DNA of 64,000 bases. Source: Camelus dromedarius. Taxonomy: Eukaryota. The stretch is taken from the NCBI RefSeq assembly GCF_036321535.1, contig NC_087450.1, forward strand, positions 52,762,001 to 52,826,000. Reading direction: 5' to 3'. The notes beneath the pieces are model-generated. The model did not search any database. It was not told where the DNA came from and saw only the letters and a list, made by a program, of their open reading frames with translations. This document shows positions 1 through 11,925 of this stretch, one piece after another. Every line of letters begins with the position of its first letter. The first letter of the stretch is position 1. The translations under genes were made by a program, and so were the position numbers.

Positions 1-764
1 TTCCTAACAAGGGTCGGAATCTCTGCAACCTTGGAAGTTTTTAAAAAAAGATTGCTGTCAGGAATTAAATAAGATATATACCAAGGTTTTCAGCACAGAG
101 TAAGGACTGAAAAATGGTGATACATTTCAAACAGAGATACATTTGAAAGTGGCAGTGTGTCTGAGGTACCAAGTGTGCCAGGTAGCATTTCTAGTTTATT
201 GGTGGTTGACAGCATTTCCTGACACCCGTCACATAGCACTGACTTGAGTCAGCCTCACTGCAGTATTGTGTTGCCAGTAGACCAAGCTCCCAGGAACTGC
301 ATTCACATCAGAGAATAAGATGTATTTTATTAAGGAGCATGGATTTTGTATATGGTCTTTCTATAGTTTAGACAAAACTCTAGAGTCTCCTTTGATCTTG
401 GAAGGAAGAAAGCAGATCTCACCATCTTTTTTTTTTTTTTTTTTTTTAATCTCTCCATCTTTGTCCTTGGAGAATCTTTCCTTGGGCAATGAAATGAGGA
501 CAGACTGTTATTTCAGAAGCTGGCTTTAGAAAGAACAGTCTATTAGCTGCAAAGGTCCCCAGAGCACACGGATTAGTGCACCTATTAGGAACACAACTAA
601 GAGAGGCTGCATTTTTTAACAGTTGCAGGATGCCTACAGACAGGAAAAGCTGCAGTGTGTTCATGCTTCTTTAATTTGCAAGTATTATTCTGGAGATTTC
701 ATTAAGTTTATTCCTAAGAATATTGTTTGGTTTCTTTTTGCTATTGTAAATAGTTTTTATTTCA

Positions 765-1050
765 GTTGTCAGTTGCTGGGTTACAAACTGCCTCAATATT
801 TAGTGGCTTAAAACAACAAATTTGCCTTGTTTTTGTGTCTTGCATTTTTGGATAGTGGATAGACTTAGTTCAGTGGAGTGATTCTTACTTGAAGTTGCTC
901 ATGAGGTTGCAGGTAAATAGTGGCTGAGTCTGGAATCATTGGAAGGTTCCTCTGGATTAGACATACTAAATGAATCACTCATGTGGCTGGAAGTTGATAC
1001 TAACAGGTCAGCTAGGACTGTCTCCTGATGTGTAGACACATGTGGCCTCT
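765..1050 (-). mobile_element. MaLR LTR fragment (MLT1 family, old)
   Basis: Contains the MLT1 terminal motif ttgctgggttacaaactgcc...ttagtggcttaaaacaac followed by typical MLT1 body; recalled consensus, subfamily not resolved. Confidence 0.6.
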
Positions 1051-1051
1051 T

Positions 1052-2110
1052 CACCCTCTGATACAATCTAGAATAAATGGGGTAAGAATAGACATCTTTT
1101 CCTTATTCCTAATGTTAGGAGGAAAAGCATTTACTATATTATCATTGGTAATGATGACAGGTTTAAGATTTGTGTAGATATCTTTCATCAGATTGAGGAA
1201 GTCTCCTCTTAGTTTGCTGAGAGTTTTGCTCATGAATGAATGTCGAATTTTGTCAAAGCTTTTTATTTGTAACCATCACAATCGCTATAAGATTTTTCTC
1301 CTATATTCTCTTAATTGTAAATTACATTGATTTTTTAAATGCTAAGCCAGCATTACATTCCTGGGATTTGGTCATTGTGTATATCTTTTTTATGTATTGA
1401 ATTCAATTTGCTAACATTTTGATAAGGATTTTTGTGTCTATGTTCATGAGAAAAATTGAGATAGATTTACTTTTTCTCTATTTATTTGCTTTTTTTTTTT
1501 CCAATTAGGGCAATACTCATAGAGTAAGCAGAGAAGTACTTCCTCCTCTTCTATTTTTTTTAATAATATTTTGTGTAGAATTGGCATTATATTTTCTTTA
1601 AACGCTTGGCAACATTCACCAGTGAAATCTGGGACTGATCTTTTCTTTGCAGAAGAGTTTATAACTATAACTTAATTTAAACATAGATCTAGAGATATTC
1701 TTGTCATCTATTTCTCCTTGAGTGAGCTTTCATAATTCATAGCTTTCACAGATTTGTCCATTTGATTTGATATGAAATTGGCTGACATAAACTTGTTCAA
1801 AATATTCCCTTATTTTAATTTTCATAGGATCTGTTGTAGTATCATCCATCTCATGCCTAGTATTGATAGATTTTCAATTTATTAATCCTTTATGTATATC
1901 ACCTTTTGATTACATTAAATTTTCTCTTTTGATTTTATGTTTTCTATTTAATTGATTTTCCTACTGTTACCTTTATTATTTTTTCTGTTCTATATCTTTG
2001 GTTTAATTTTTTTTTCTTTTTTAAAATTAAGATGGAAGCTTAAGTCAATAATTTGAAAATGTTTTTCTGATATTCACATTTAATATTATAAATTTATTTT
2101 TCAGTCTCTT
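1052..2110 (-). mobile_element. Old L1 (L1M-type) ORF2 fragment
   Basis: Minus-strand frame 1051-1233 (KTLSKLRGDFLNLMKDIYTNLKPVIITNDNIVNAFP) resembles L1 ORF2 RT-region KTLNKLGIEGxFLNLIKAIYxKPTANIILNGEKLKAFP; the T-rich antisense L1 texture continues to ~2110. Confidence 0.85.
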
Positions 2111-2129
2111 GTTATATTCTTTTTTAAAA

Positions 2130-2770
2130 TTTTTTTAAATTTTTACTTGTTTTTTTGAAGTATAGTTGATTTACAATTTTGTGTTAGTTTCAGGTGTAAA
2201 ACAAAGTGATTCAGTTATACACATACATATATGTATTCTTTTTCAAGATTCTTTTCCATTATAGGTTATTACAAGATACTGAACATAGTTCCCTGTGCTA
2301 TACTGTAGATCCTTGTTATTTATCTATTTTGTATATAGTAGCATGTATATTTTAATCCTAAATTCCTAATTTACCCTTCGCCCACACCCCTTCTCCCTTT
2401 GATAACCATACTTTGTTTTCTATATCTGTGAGTCTATTTCTGGTTTGTAAATAAGTTCATTTGTATCATTTTTTTTAGATTCCATATATATGTGATATCC
2501 TATGATACTTGTCTTTCTTTGTCTGACTTCACTTAATATAGTAATCACTAGGTTCATCCATGTTGCTGCAAATGGCATTTTTCATCCTTTTTAATGGCTG
2601 AGTAATGTTTCATTGCATATACATATACCACATTTTCTTTATCCATTCATCTGTCGATGGACATTTAGGTTGCTTCCATGCCCTGGTTATTGTAAATAGT
2701 GCTGCTATGAACAGTGGGATGCATGTGTCTTTTTAAATTAGAGTTTTCTCCAGATATATGCCCAGGAGTG
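2130..2770 (-). mobile_element. Younger 5'-truncated L1 3' end inserted in the old L1
   Basis: T-rich tail then gaagtatagttgatttacaat...gttcatccatgttgctgcaaatggc...ggacatttaggttgcttccatg, the antisense 3' end of laurasiatherian L1. Confidence 0.9.
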
Positions 2771-2779
2771 ATTCGTTTT

Positions 2780-2935
2780 TTATATCTGTAGCTGTAGTAG
2801 ATCCTTTCTGGTAGACAGATTCCAGTCTTTTTCAGTGATAGTTGTTCTGTAAATAGTTGTAATTTTGGTGTGTCCCTGAGAGAATGTGATTTCAGGGTCT
2901 TTCTATTCTGCCATTTTGGGAACTCCTCCTCCAAT
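2780..2935 (-). mobile_element. Old L1 fragment, probable continuation
   Basis: gtaattttggtgtgtccctgagagaatgtgatttcagggtctttctattctgccattttgg is a typical L1M antisense motif. Confidence 0.5.
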
Positions 2936-3094
2936 CCATTATTTGTATTGTAGCCAGTGTGATATTTGTATAAGGCAAATCTGATAAGTTCACTTTGCAC
3001 TTCCTCCCTAGGTTAGCTCATCTGTTTAAACATCAATTACCAACATCACACAGATTTTATGTATATATGTATATATTTTTTCAGAAGTCAGTGC

Positions 3095-3990
3095 CCAATT
3101 GACATTCCTGCTTATCTCTCTCAGTATCAGCTGAATTTCAACATGCTTCAGGTTGAACTCAGTTTTCCCTAAGTCTGATGCAGAGTTCTCATCTCAGTAA
3201 ATGACAGCATCGTTCACCCAGTTATATAAACTATATCATCCATCAAAGTCCCGTTATTTTGATACACGAGTCTTCAAAACTGCTTCTTTTGCTTATCTTC
3301 ACTGCCATCATCAGAGTCACCATCATCTCTTTTCAGGTAAAAACTAACGTTTCCAAAGTTTCCTTGCTCCATTCTCATACTATACGAGACAGAGCTTTTC
3401 AGAAATCCAATTGCATCATGTCTGTCTTGTATCTCTCCTAGCACCCAGATCAAAAACCTCCCTAGCTTCCTATTACTCACACAATGAAAACTAAAGTTCT
3501 CATCTTGTATACAAGCCCTGGATGGAAATCATCCTCCCCTTTTTCTCCAGCCTTTCCTCTCTCCATACTTCCTTGAGCTTCTGGGGTTCAGGACACTTGA
3601 TCTTCTTTTGGTCTTTCAGTAAAGCCATGCAGCATCTCTACTCAAGGTCTTTATTAAAGTTTTTCCCATTGCCCGGCACTCCCTTACCACTAACCTGCTT
3701 TCCTTTGTCATGAATGCTGTTCTTTTATATCTCAGAATGTTGCCACTTCTTCACAGAAACCTCACAGCACTATGCATGTCTCATTCATTGCACTAATTTG
3801 GTTGCAATATTACATTTATGTGTTAGTTTTTATTGATGCTTGACTCTCCCATTAGATAGAAGGTGTCTCCAAGAAAAAAGATTTAGTTCCAGATTTTATT
3901 CATTTTTTTTAAAAAAATCCCATCATAAGGTGTCTGGCACACAGTCTTTTAAGTGTTCAGTAAGCACTTGTTGAATGAATGATTGAATAA
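3095..3990 (+). mobile_element. L2 LINE 3' portion
   Basis: Ordered L2 motifs: ctcatctcagtaaatgacagcatc, caccatcatctct, cagatcaaaaacctccctagcttcc, and the terminal cttgttgaatgaatga. Confidence 0.7.
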
Positions 3991-4049
3991 CTGCTGATAT
4001 TAAATGCTTACTGTGTGCTAGGCATTGTACTAATCAGTCAGTGACTCCC

Positions 4050-4560
4050 TATTGCCCTCAGGATGAAATACAAATTCCTTAACATAAGAGCAATGCCCTT
4101 CATGATCTGGCCCCTACCTAGCACTCCAGCCACATTTCTCAATGCTTCTCAATCTCCTCTCTTTTAATTCCCATCCTCTTCACTCCAGGCACACCAAACA
4201 CCTGGCAGTTCTCAAATATGTTGTACTTCCCCCTCTTGGCCTTGCATATGCTTGCTCCTATAAACCTTTCTCAGTATTCTGGAAAAATTTTAGACTTTTG
4301 TTCTGAATTTCCCTTTTTGAAGCAAGATCCTCTGAACTCTCTAAAGAGATTTTCTGTCTCCCTGAGAGGCCCCACAGTACCCTAGTCTCACATATTTAGT
4401 AGTACTCTTTATTCCTGACTGAAGTTGAGCATTTATCTCTTGGTCTTTGTGAAATTGTGTTAGTATAGGGATTCTATCTCATCCATCATGTTGTCCCAGC
4501 AGAGCCCAGAGAACCATAGATGCCTATGCTGCTTGAACAGCTCACATCTTTCCACTAAGC
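4050..4560 (+). mobile_element. L2 LINE 3' fragment
   Basis: ctcaggatgaaatacaaattccttaacat...cttcatgatctggccccta matches the L2 3' region. Confidence 0.55.
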
Positions 4561-5109
4561 CCTGTCACACTGGAATGCACTCCAGAGATTGAAAGGGCTC
4601 CCTCTCCAGCAGGATTCTTTGGCAGGGCAAACTTGCTTGAGTCACTGGGTAACATACTGGGGTATCTTAGTGTTCCTAGTAGAGGTCAGAAGCATGATCA
4701 TAACGAATTACATATCTTCCTCACCTCTTTTTAGCCTCCTCTTTTTCCTTTTTCCTTTATGAACTCAAACAAACAGGTCATCTGTTGCCTAATTCATGTG
4801 TGGTCTTGCTTTCAATTAACTACTCATTCCTTCAGCCAGGATTCCTATCCAGGGCTGTCAAACCCTAACACTCATGACATTAGTTTTTATCCAATACCAC
4901 CACAATTGTCATGAATTTTTTCTGTTTACTTGTGCTAGTTAATTTAGTCTAGGAGTGTACATATATTTTAAGAAATATACTGAAGATCTCAGAATTCCAA
5001 AGGTCTTTAATATTCTAAAAGAGATGACATTTGAATGGCAGAATTCAAGTATTACGTGAAAATTTTAGGGGATGTTTCAGATTGGAATGCCTCTGAACTC
5101 ATTTCAAGG

Positions 5110-5555
5110 ACTAACCCTGCATGGGAGTCTCTTTCTGGCTGTGATAGCCATGGAGATGTTTCTCTCAGGGTCCCCTTTAAAAAATGACTCTTTCCTTAGC
5201 TGTGGGATGTGATTAGCTAGCTGATAGCTTCCCACTATTAGCTTTGTCAGGGTACACCTTGTTGCTAGCTGTGGTTATGTTATTCTCAGGCTGGATTCTG
5301 GCTAAAGGCTGCAGTGCAGTGGCACAAGGGCCTAGCCATTTCTGCCCATTTTGGGATTTCTCTGATGTGCAATTTTTGTTCTGGAGCCCCCTGTTGGGCT
5401 GGCAAAGCATCATTAGATTGGCATCTCTCTGGTAGCTCTCTCCTCTGTCCAATCCTGCTTCCTCCTTTTCCTTTCACAGATATTATCTGTCAATAGCTCT
5501 TTGCACTCTTAACTCCATATCAGTGTCTGCTTCCTTGAAAACTCAGTCAGTGACA
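5110..5555 (+). mobile_element. ERVL LTR, LTR16-like solo LTR
   Basis: cctagccatttctgcccattttggga...tccaatcctgcttcctcc..ttcctttcacag...actccatatcagtgtctgcttcc..gtgaca follows the LTR16 3' half as I recall it. Confidence 0.7.
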
Positions 5556-5559
5556 GTGG

Positions 5560-5880
5560 CTATAATTCCAGTGTGTGCAGCAGGTGTCTGGGTGGTATGA
5601 TGGGCTGGAGGGCAAGGGTGAAGAAGTGTTGGTACGATCATTGCTTCCCTCACTCTGGATATCGACAAACAGAAATGAAGTGGAAGGCCTGTTTTGGGGA
5701 GAGGAATAGCATGGCAGACACGGGGCTGTCACTGGTTTGATTATCCTCTGGGACGTGCTGTTTTTGACACAATTCTGGAGCTGTTGTGGGGAGAGCTGAG
5801 TCTAGAAAGGTGGTTTGAGGTCATCCTTGAATATCATGCTAAATAGTGTGGGTTTTACTCTGTAAGGAGTTACTGCATGG
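5560..5880 (-). mobile_element. L2 fragment
   Basis: gaggtcatccttgaatatcatgctaaatagtgtgggttttactctgtaagg is an antisense L2 motif. Confidence 0.5.
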
Positions 5881-6272
5881 AAACAAGGTCATGCTTAATG
5901 TACTTTGTGGGATTATCTGCTTTGGGCCCACATTGGGATTTGTGCATTAAATCTTTCTAAGCAGAAGCTAATTAATCGCAAATATTTTGTATTTAAGTTT
6001 ACCTTGGAAATTTGATTTTTAAATATAGGGTTAAGTGGGAGCAAAAAGCACATTTCAGGCCTTGTGGTCAGCTGAGTTAATGCCCTCTGATCCTCCTACA
6101 GCTTGTCAGCTTCCTCTCTCCTGAACAAGGCTCCCAGGTTCTTTAGGGATGACACGGGGCGACACTGTCACCAAATGCATACTATGTTCTAGGTGGGGTT
6201 CTTCCCTGAGCCTCTCCTTCTTCCTGTCCCGAGGAATGTAGCTGAATAAACATCCAAAAGAAGACCTGAAAC

Positions 6273-6423
6273 TAGGATTGACAGATTTAACAATAGCAAC
6301 CAAAAAACCCCATAAAATATATTTAGGTACATATATATGTAACATACATATAGTGAAATATATTCCTTGTTTATCTGAAACCCAAATTTAACTAGATATT
6401 TGGTATTTTATCTGGCAACCCTA
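6273..6423. mobile_element. MER53-like hAT MITE
   Basis: Right arm ttgtttatctgaaacccaaatttaactag...tattttatctggcaacccta and left end taggattgacagattta form degenerate terminal inverted repeats. Confidence 0.7.
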
Positions 6424-6634
6424 TCTGAGACATCTCATCTCTGCTCTTACCTCGGGAGTCTTAAAGAAAACCAGGCACTTGAAGGCCCTTTTCTTACTTT
6501 TGGACTTTCTTCTGTTCCTAGTTGATTTCCGAAGTCAGAGTTGCTTCCCCATGTCATGCAGCCCCAAAGGCCTCCACCGAAGGTCTTCAGAACCCCCATC
6601 CCACTCCGGGCAACTTCTGTGCCTGCACTTCCCT

Positions 6635-6840
6635 CAGGGCAGAATGATAGCAGGGTGATTCAGAGCAGTGGGGCTGAACTCCATAGACCTGAGCTTGCAC
6701 TGAATTCTGCCACTTCCTCTCCAGATGATCCTGGGCAAGTGAAGCAACCTCTTTGACTTTGAATCTCCTCATGTGTACAATAGTTTCAGTATAATACCTA
6801 CCTTTATGTTCCTGAGAGGGTTGAATGTAATAGTCCTACA
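6635..6840 (+). mobile_element. MIR SINE
   Basis: gaattctgccacttcc...cctgggcaagtg...cctcatgtgtacaa matches the MIR core. Confidence 0.7.
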
Positions 6841-8555
6841 CCTTGTACGGCCTTGGCGGCGGTGGTGCTCAGATCACGTGAGCTGCTACTCCAGTTGTCC
6901 CTTTTACTTGTCTGCCTCAGGACGTGGCCTCACATATGGCACACACCTGCTGCCTGTAAGTTGAATGAGCCTATGAATTTAAGCCTCTGGGGGCTGCCTG
7001 GGCCTCACTGAGGAAAATGGGTGGGCTCCAGCATAGCTTGGGGGTCCAACAGACTCAGAACATTCAGACTCAGGAGGGTAAGTGTGAACACAAGGGCTGG
7101 ACAAGAGTCAGGAGGAATTAGGACAAGAAGAGAAGTAACATTATAGCCATGAAATCTAGCAAGTGGCTAGGAGGGCCTGAATGGAAGAACTGATAGGGAA
7201 GACATTTCAGGAACTAGTGGTGGTCAAAGAGAAGCTAAGGCAGCAGTGGCCTCTAAAAGTGCCCAGGAGGGTCCAACATGATACAAATGCTGAATCATTA
7301 TTTTGTATACGTGAAACTAATGTAATATTATATGTCAAGTTAAAAAACAGGATCTGCCATAGTCTCTTAAGTCAGTGCAAGTTGTGTAAATAAAATAAGC
7401 CTAACTACTCGCAAATGTTTAAAGGGCCTTCCCTGGTCCTGTAGCCTTCCCCAGGGTACATTTCCTCTGCCAAGGTCACCAAATACTTTGTTATCTAATC
7501 AGAACACTTATGAGATTGAAAGGGGCACTATTAATAGTTATGTTAACATGATATCAGACTTAGACTGAAACTCTCATGGACACCTGGGAAATATGGTTAC
7601 CCTATGTCTGGCAGGGTTCTCTCTTTTTGCAGAGGACAGAGGCTTGGTTGTCTTTTTCAAAGAGCAATCAAAACTTGAATGTTAATTTCTCAGACTCTCA
7701 TTTATGTAATGAGGTACAGGGACTTCCAGGAGCAGGAAAGGGTTGTGGTGAGCTGCCCAGACACTTGTCTAGAGGAGGCTCTATCTTGGCTAGAGAACAC
7801 AAGGCTCCAATAATGTTTGCTGTCATCTTCCTCAAGCGTTTGGCAAGTATGTGTAGATTCCTTGTGTACTTTACCTATGCAAGAAATTATGAAAAGCAAT
7901 TATGAAAAGCAACAACATAAGAAAAGATAGCATTTACCAGATCTTTGACCTCTAATCAGTTTACTTATCTGTAAGCCAGAGGACCAAATTTATACCATTT
8001 ATATCTATATCCTCAGTGCCTAGTACAGAACCAGAAACACATCAGAGGCTCATGAACTACTTCTTAAATATATGAGTAAATTAAGAAATGTTAAAGTTAT
8101 CATGTGAAAAATAAGAAAATAATAAAGTCCTCTCTGGTAGTTTATTCATTCAACCAGTATTTTTAGAGTACCCCTCTATGTTATACTCAGCTCTAGGCAC
8201 TGATGACACTGTCCTCAAGGCTCTCAGTAGAAGTGAATTAGTTTGGGATCTGAAGAGTAGTTCAATTTCCAATGTAGGAACACCATGTACGTGCTAGGAG
8301 TAGGAAGAGACGAGCCTGGGCTGGACTAAAGCAGACTTTGTGGTACTCCTGAACTGGGCTTTATGAATGACATAAAAGGAGAAAAAGCATCCCTGCAGGG
8401 GCATCCAAGATGAAAAGTAAATATAGCATATCTCATAGTGTGTGTGTAGGGCACTAAAGTAAGATCTGAGTGTGCACGTTGGTAAGTTGGGAGTTCGGAT
8501 TAAAAAAGTTGGCTGGGGCAAGACTTTTAATGCCAGAAAGAGTTTGGGCTTGCTG

Positions 8556-8907
8556 TGTGTTAGTTTGTTAGGGCTGTCNNNNNNNNNNNNNNNNNNNNNN
8601 NNNNNNNNNNNNNNNNNNNNNNNNNNNNNNNNNNNNNNNNNNNNNNNNNNNNNNNNNNNNNNNNNNNNNNNNNNNNNNNNNNNNNNNNNNNNNNNNNNNN
8701 NNNNNNNNNNNNNNNNNNNNNNNNNNNNNNNNNNNNNNNTGTTTCCAAATCTCCGCTTCTTATAAGGACAAGTTGTAGCAGAGCCTCATTTTAATTTAAT
8801 CACCTCTTTAAAGGACCTATCTCCAAATACCGTCACATGCTGAGTCACGTGCAGAGGTTAAGACTTCAACATACGAACTTTAGGAAAATATAATTAAGTC
8901 CAAAACA
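8556..8907 (-). mobile_element. MLT1A/B/C-type solo LTR spanning an assembly gap
   Basis: tgtgttagtttgttagggctg before the gap; cttcttataaggac...ctatctccaaataccgtcacat..ggttaagacttcaacatacgaa after it. Confidence 0.8.
8579..8739. other. Assembly gap (161 N)
   Basis: Run of N. Confidence 1.
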
Positions 8908-10774
8908 ACATGGTAGGCCAGAGAAATCTATCAGGAGTTTTTGAGCAAGGCGGTAAGATTATAAAAGTGGAGTAAGTTTGATTACATCTCTATGTGGTAT
9001 TGGTAGGACGTGGGGCTATGTTAAATTAAAACCTCTGAGTTAATGAAAATTCAACTGTTGAATGTCAGCATGTGCCATCACTAGCTGCACAACTACTAGA
9101 AAAAAAATTGCCCTCTTTGACTTACTGCTAATCATTGCAAACTCTGACCATGTAATTTAGTCATAATTCAAAATGCTTCTGAAAATCAATGATTTTCTCC
9201 TTTAGCCAGCCATATCGGATAATGAATATCCTTCCCAAAGTCTCAGCTAATGAAAGTTGCTCTTTCAAATTTCAGCAAAGGAACATCATGATTAGACAGG
9301 AACAAAAGGAAAATACACATTTGAGAATACACATGGCATAACTTGGTATCTTGGTGGCGGCGTGGCATGCACTACTTCATTCAGTTGTCTACCTTTGTTT
9401 AATGATGACTCTTTAGCGACATTCTGTCAGTCCTTTCAAAAGTGGAATTAATTGGGCATATCTGCAAATGACTGACTTTTATTAGATTTATTGCCAATTT
9501 TGGCATGGAAACTTACTTTTCATTCTAAGTGAATGAAAGCCTATATTACCAAGTGGTGCAAATAAAATGATCATATAATCTGTTCATTAAAATAGAATGC
9601 ATTGTTTGAAAGCTTGTTTTATACTGTGACTGATGCTAAAGATATACAGATGACTGAGAAATGTTACTCCTTTCAAGAAGTTCCTGGTGTGGTTTGCTAC
9701 TCAAATTCTGGAGTTGTTTAGCCCTCAGTACCCAGTTTTAGCCTGGCCTTCCCAAAGATCTTTGACAACGACCTCAAAAACTAAAAACATTTTATTCTTT
9801 ATGTTTAAAATCTATTTTTTGTATTAAAATACAAACTGGCACTCCCTCCATTTAGATGCCAGTCATTAATCTTTTAAAATTTCAGAACAATATTTGAGGA
9901 TTACCATATTCTCACCATCACTCCCATTTGTTTATGTAGTCTAGGCTACCGCCTCATAGTTATTTTTGACAGTTTAACTTTCTATTATGTATTTACAATT
10001 TGGCTTTAATTACTGAGTTTAACATGAGTTTTACCCCATGGCCTTAGAAGTTGTTTCTTATAGCCACTCCAAGTATTCGAATTTATGAAATTTGTTTTTC
10101 ATTTCTATGGCACTGCTTTCTTGGATTTTTGATGAATTTATTGCTAAGGCTAATGTGTATGTGAATGAGGAGAGGCAATTAGTGTTTTGGTTAAATCAAA
10201 CTTTGGAAATTTACAAGGCAGACAGAATGAATCTTGGTGTAGGTGAATATATGTTTTTCTGGGTAGTCTAAAAGGAATCAAGTTTAAAGACAGATTTGAA
10301 AGGAAGAAGAATCAGTACATTTATTGATGAACACTTATCCACTTAAATCAGATGTGCTCACTTGATTTGTTGGAACTTCAGTCTTTTGTCTTCCTGACAG
10401 TCATTAGCATCCCAAATAAAGGTGTAGAGAACTTACATGATCCTCATCAGGGAGTTGGGAATGCCTGTTTTCGCATATCTTGCACCTAATCAAGTTGTGA
10501 ACTATTAATCTACAAACAATTACCATTCACAGTAGGACTACAAAGTACCTCATTAATATATGTGCTAATTATTTTCCTTTGTTGTGGTCATAGTCCTTAA
10601 CCAGGCTATAGTTATTATATGTAAATACTGCAGGGGTTCCTGTGGCCTCTCTCCACACCACCGCTGGCAGAATTGAAGGGAGAGTGGTTTTCTGTGCACT
10701 TCTGGTCAGACCTCTTTTCACTTCTCTCTCCCATCCCAGGGTTCACAATTTTACCACCATCTAGATCACTCTCA

Positions 10775-11165
10775 ATTTTAGTCTGTGCTGCCCTCTAACA
10801 TAAACCCCCAAATCTCAGAGTTTTAACAGAATAGTGTGTTTATTTCTCTCCTATTTCTCTCCCATATAACAGTTCAATGCAGGTGGTTTCCTAGGTAGCG
10901 ATTCCAGGCTCCAGGCTGCTGCCATCTTGCGGTGTCCCTTCAGCAGGGACTTGGGACCCTCTACTGGATCCTCTGTATCTATAGTCTAGGTGGAGGAAGG
11001 AAGAGTAAGGAGGACTGTGGGAAGTTCATATGGTTTCCTGGAAGCAATGTGTGTTAGTTTCCCACTGTTGCTATAGCAAATAACCACAGGCTTAGTGACT
11101 TAAAATAAGACAAACTTATTATCTTAGAATTCTGGAAGTCAGAAGTCCTAAAATGGAGGTGTCAA
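10775..11165 (-). mobile_element. MLT1 LTR fragments (two pieces)
   Basis: aaaccccaaatctcagagttttaac...ttccaggctgctgccatcttg, then tgtgttagtttcccactgttgctatagcaaataaccac...agtgacttaaaa...tctggaagtcagaagtc. Confidence 0.55.
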
Positions 11166-11276
11166 AAGGAGAAAAATTCTGAGACATGCTGCCTGAACTC
11201 ACTTTAAATTTTTGAATCCTGACCTCAGATGGATTCTCAGTGCTATGCCCAGGAATCCTACTGCACTTCCCTCGTC

Positions 11277-11450
11277 CAGTGATTCTCGACGCTCAGTACG
11301 CATCAGTCACTAGTAGGCTTAACAGAACGTATATTACTAGGTTTCTGATTCAGTTAGTCTGGGTGGAGCTGAAGAATTTTCATTTCTAACAAGCTTCTAG
11401 ATGCTGCTGATGCTGCTGGTCTAATGAACACACATCAAGATCCACTACCA
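11277..11450. mobile_element. MER5-like hAT-Charlie MITE
   Basis: cagtgattctc...gtttctgattcagttagtctgggtggagctgaagaattttcatttctaacaagctt..gatgctgctgatgctgctggt. Confidence 0.7.
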
Positions 11451-11563
11451 TAGTCCACTCATTCTTGCATTTTTCTAATTATTCTCATCTCCTTTAAACT
11501 CACATTCCCAACACCTCTTCTGTTAGTCACACTTTCAGTTGGTGGTGACCTTGAATCCTGATT

Positions 11564-11925
11564 TAGTGCTTCTCAAACTGTGAATGGGGAAGGACAATTT
11601 TTCTTTTTTTATTTCTAGTCTGTTGCTCTTTTTTGATTTCTAAATTTTAAAAATTTCCAACCTGTTACTTTTGTAAAACACTGTAAGTATTTATTCTGAC
11701 ATGCAAAAAAAGAAGGAAAAGAAGAAAACAAGGACAGACAAATAAATGAACCTTACATTTTTAATATTAGATTCAACAGACATAAAACCACTGTGACAGA
11801 TTGCACGGTGCTTTCTAGACACATACTGTCAATTTTGTCCTCATTTCCCTGGGAGCCAGAAACCAGTGGGTGGTGGACCACAGTGCCTGTCTGTTGGCCC
11901 CAGTCTACTGGCTCTCGAGCAGCTA
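11564..11925. mobile_element. hAT-Charlie-type DNA transposon remnant
   Basis: Starts tagtgcttctcaaactg and ends with ggaccacagtg..ggcccc..ctcgagcagc, which are Charlie-like termini; subfamily unresolved. Confidence 0.5.

Noticed and set aside
239-253. AP-1/ARE-like TGAGTCAGC within a 6-bp inverted repeat
   Set aside because: A single short motif is expected by chance in 64 kb.
7633-7713. 81-nt symmetric plus exon candidate (RTEAWLSFSKSNQNLNVNFSDSHLCNE)
   Set aside because: Donor only moderate (gag|gtacag), peptide unrecognised, and no compatible partner exon identified.
7885-7912. 13-bp tandem duplication aattatgaaaagc x2
   Set aside because: Ordinary slippage-scale event.
8472-8765. ORFs containing X runs (also 17921-18247 and 60943-61243)
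   Set aside because: Artefacts of translating through N gaps.
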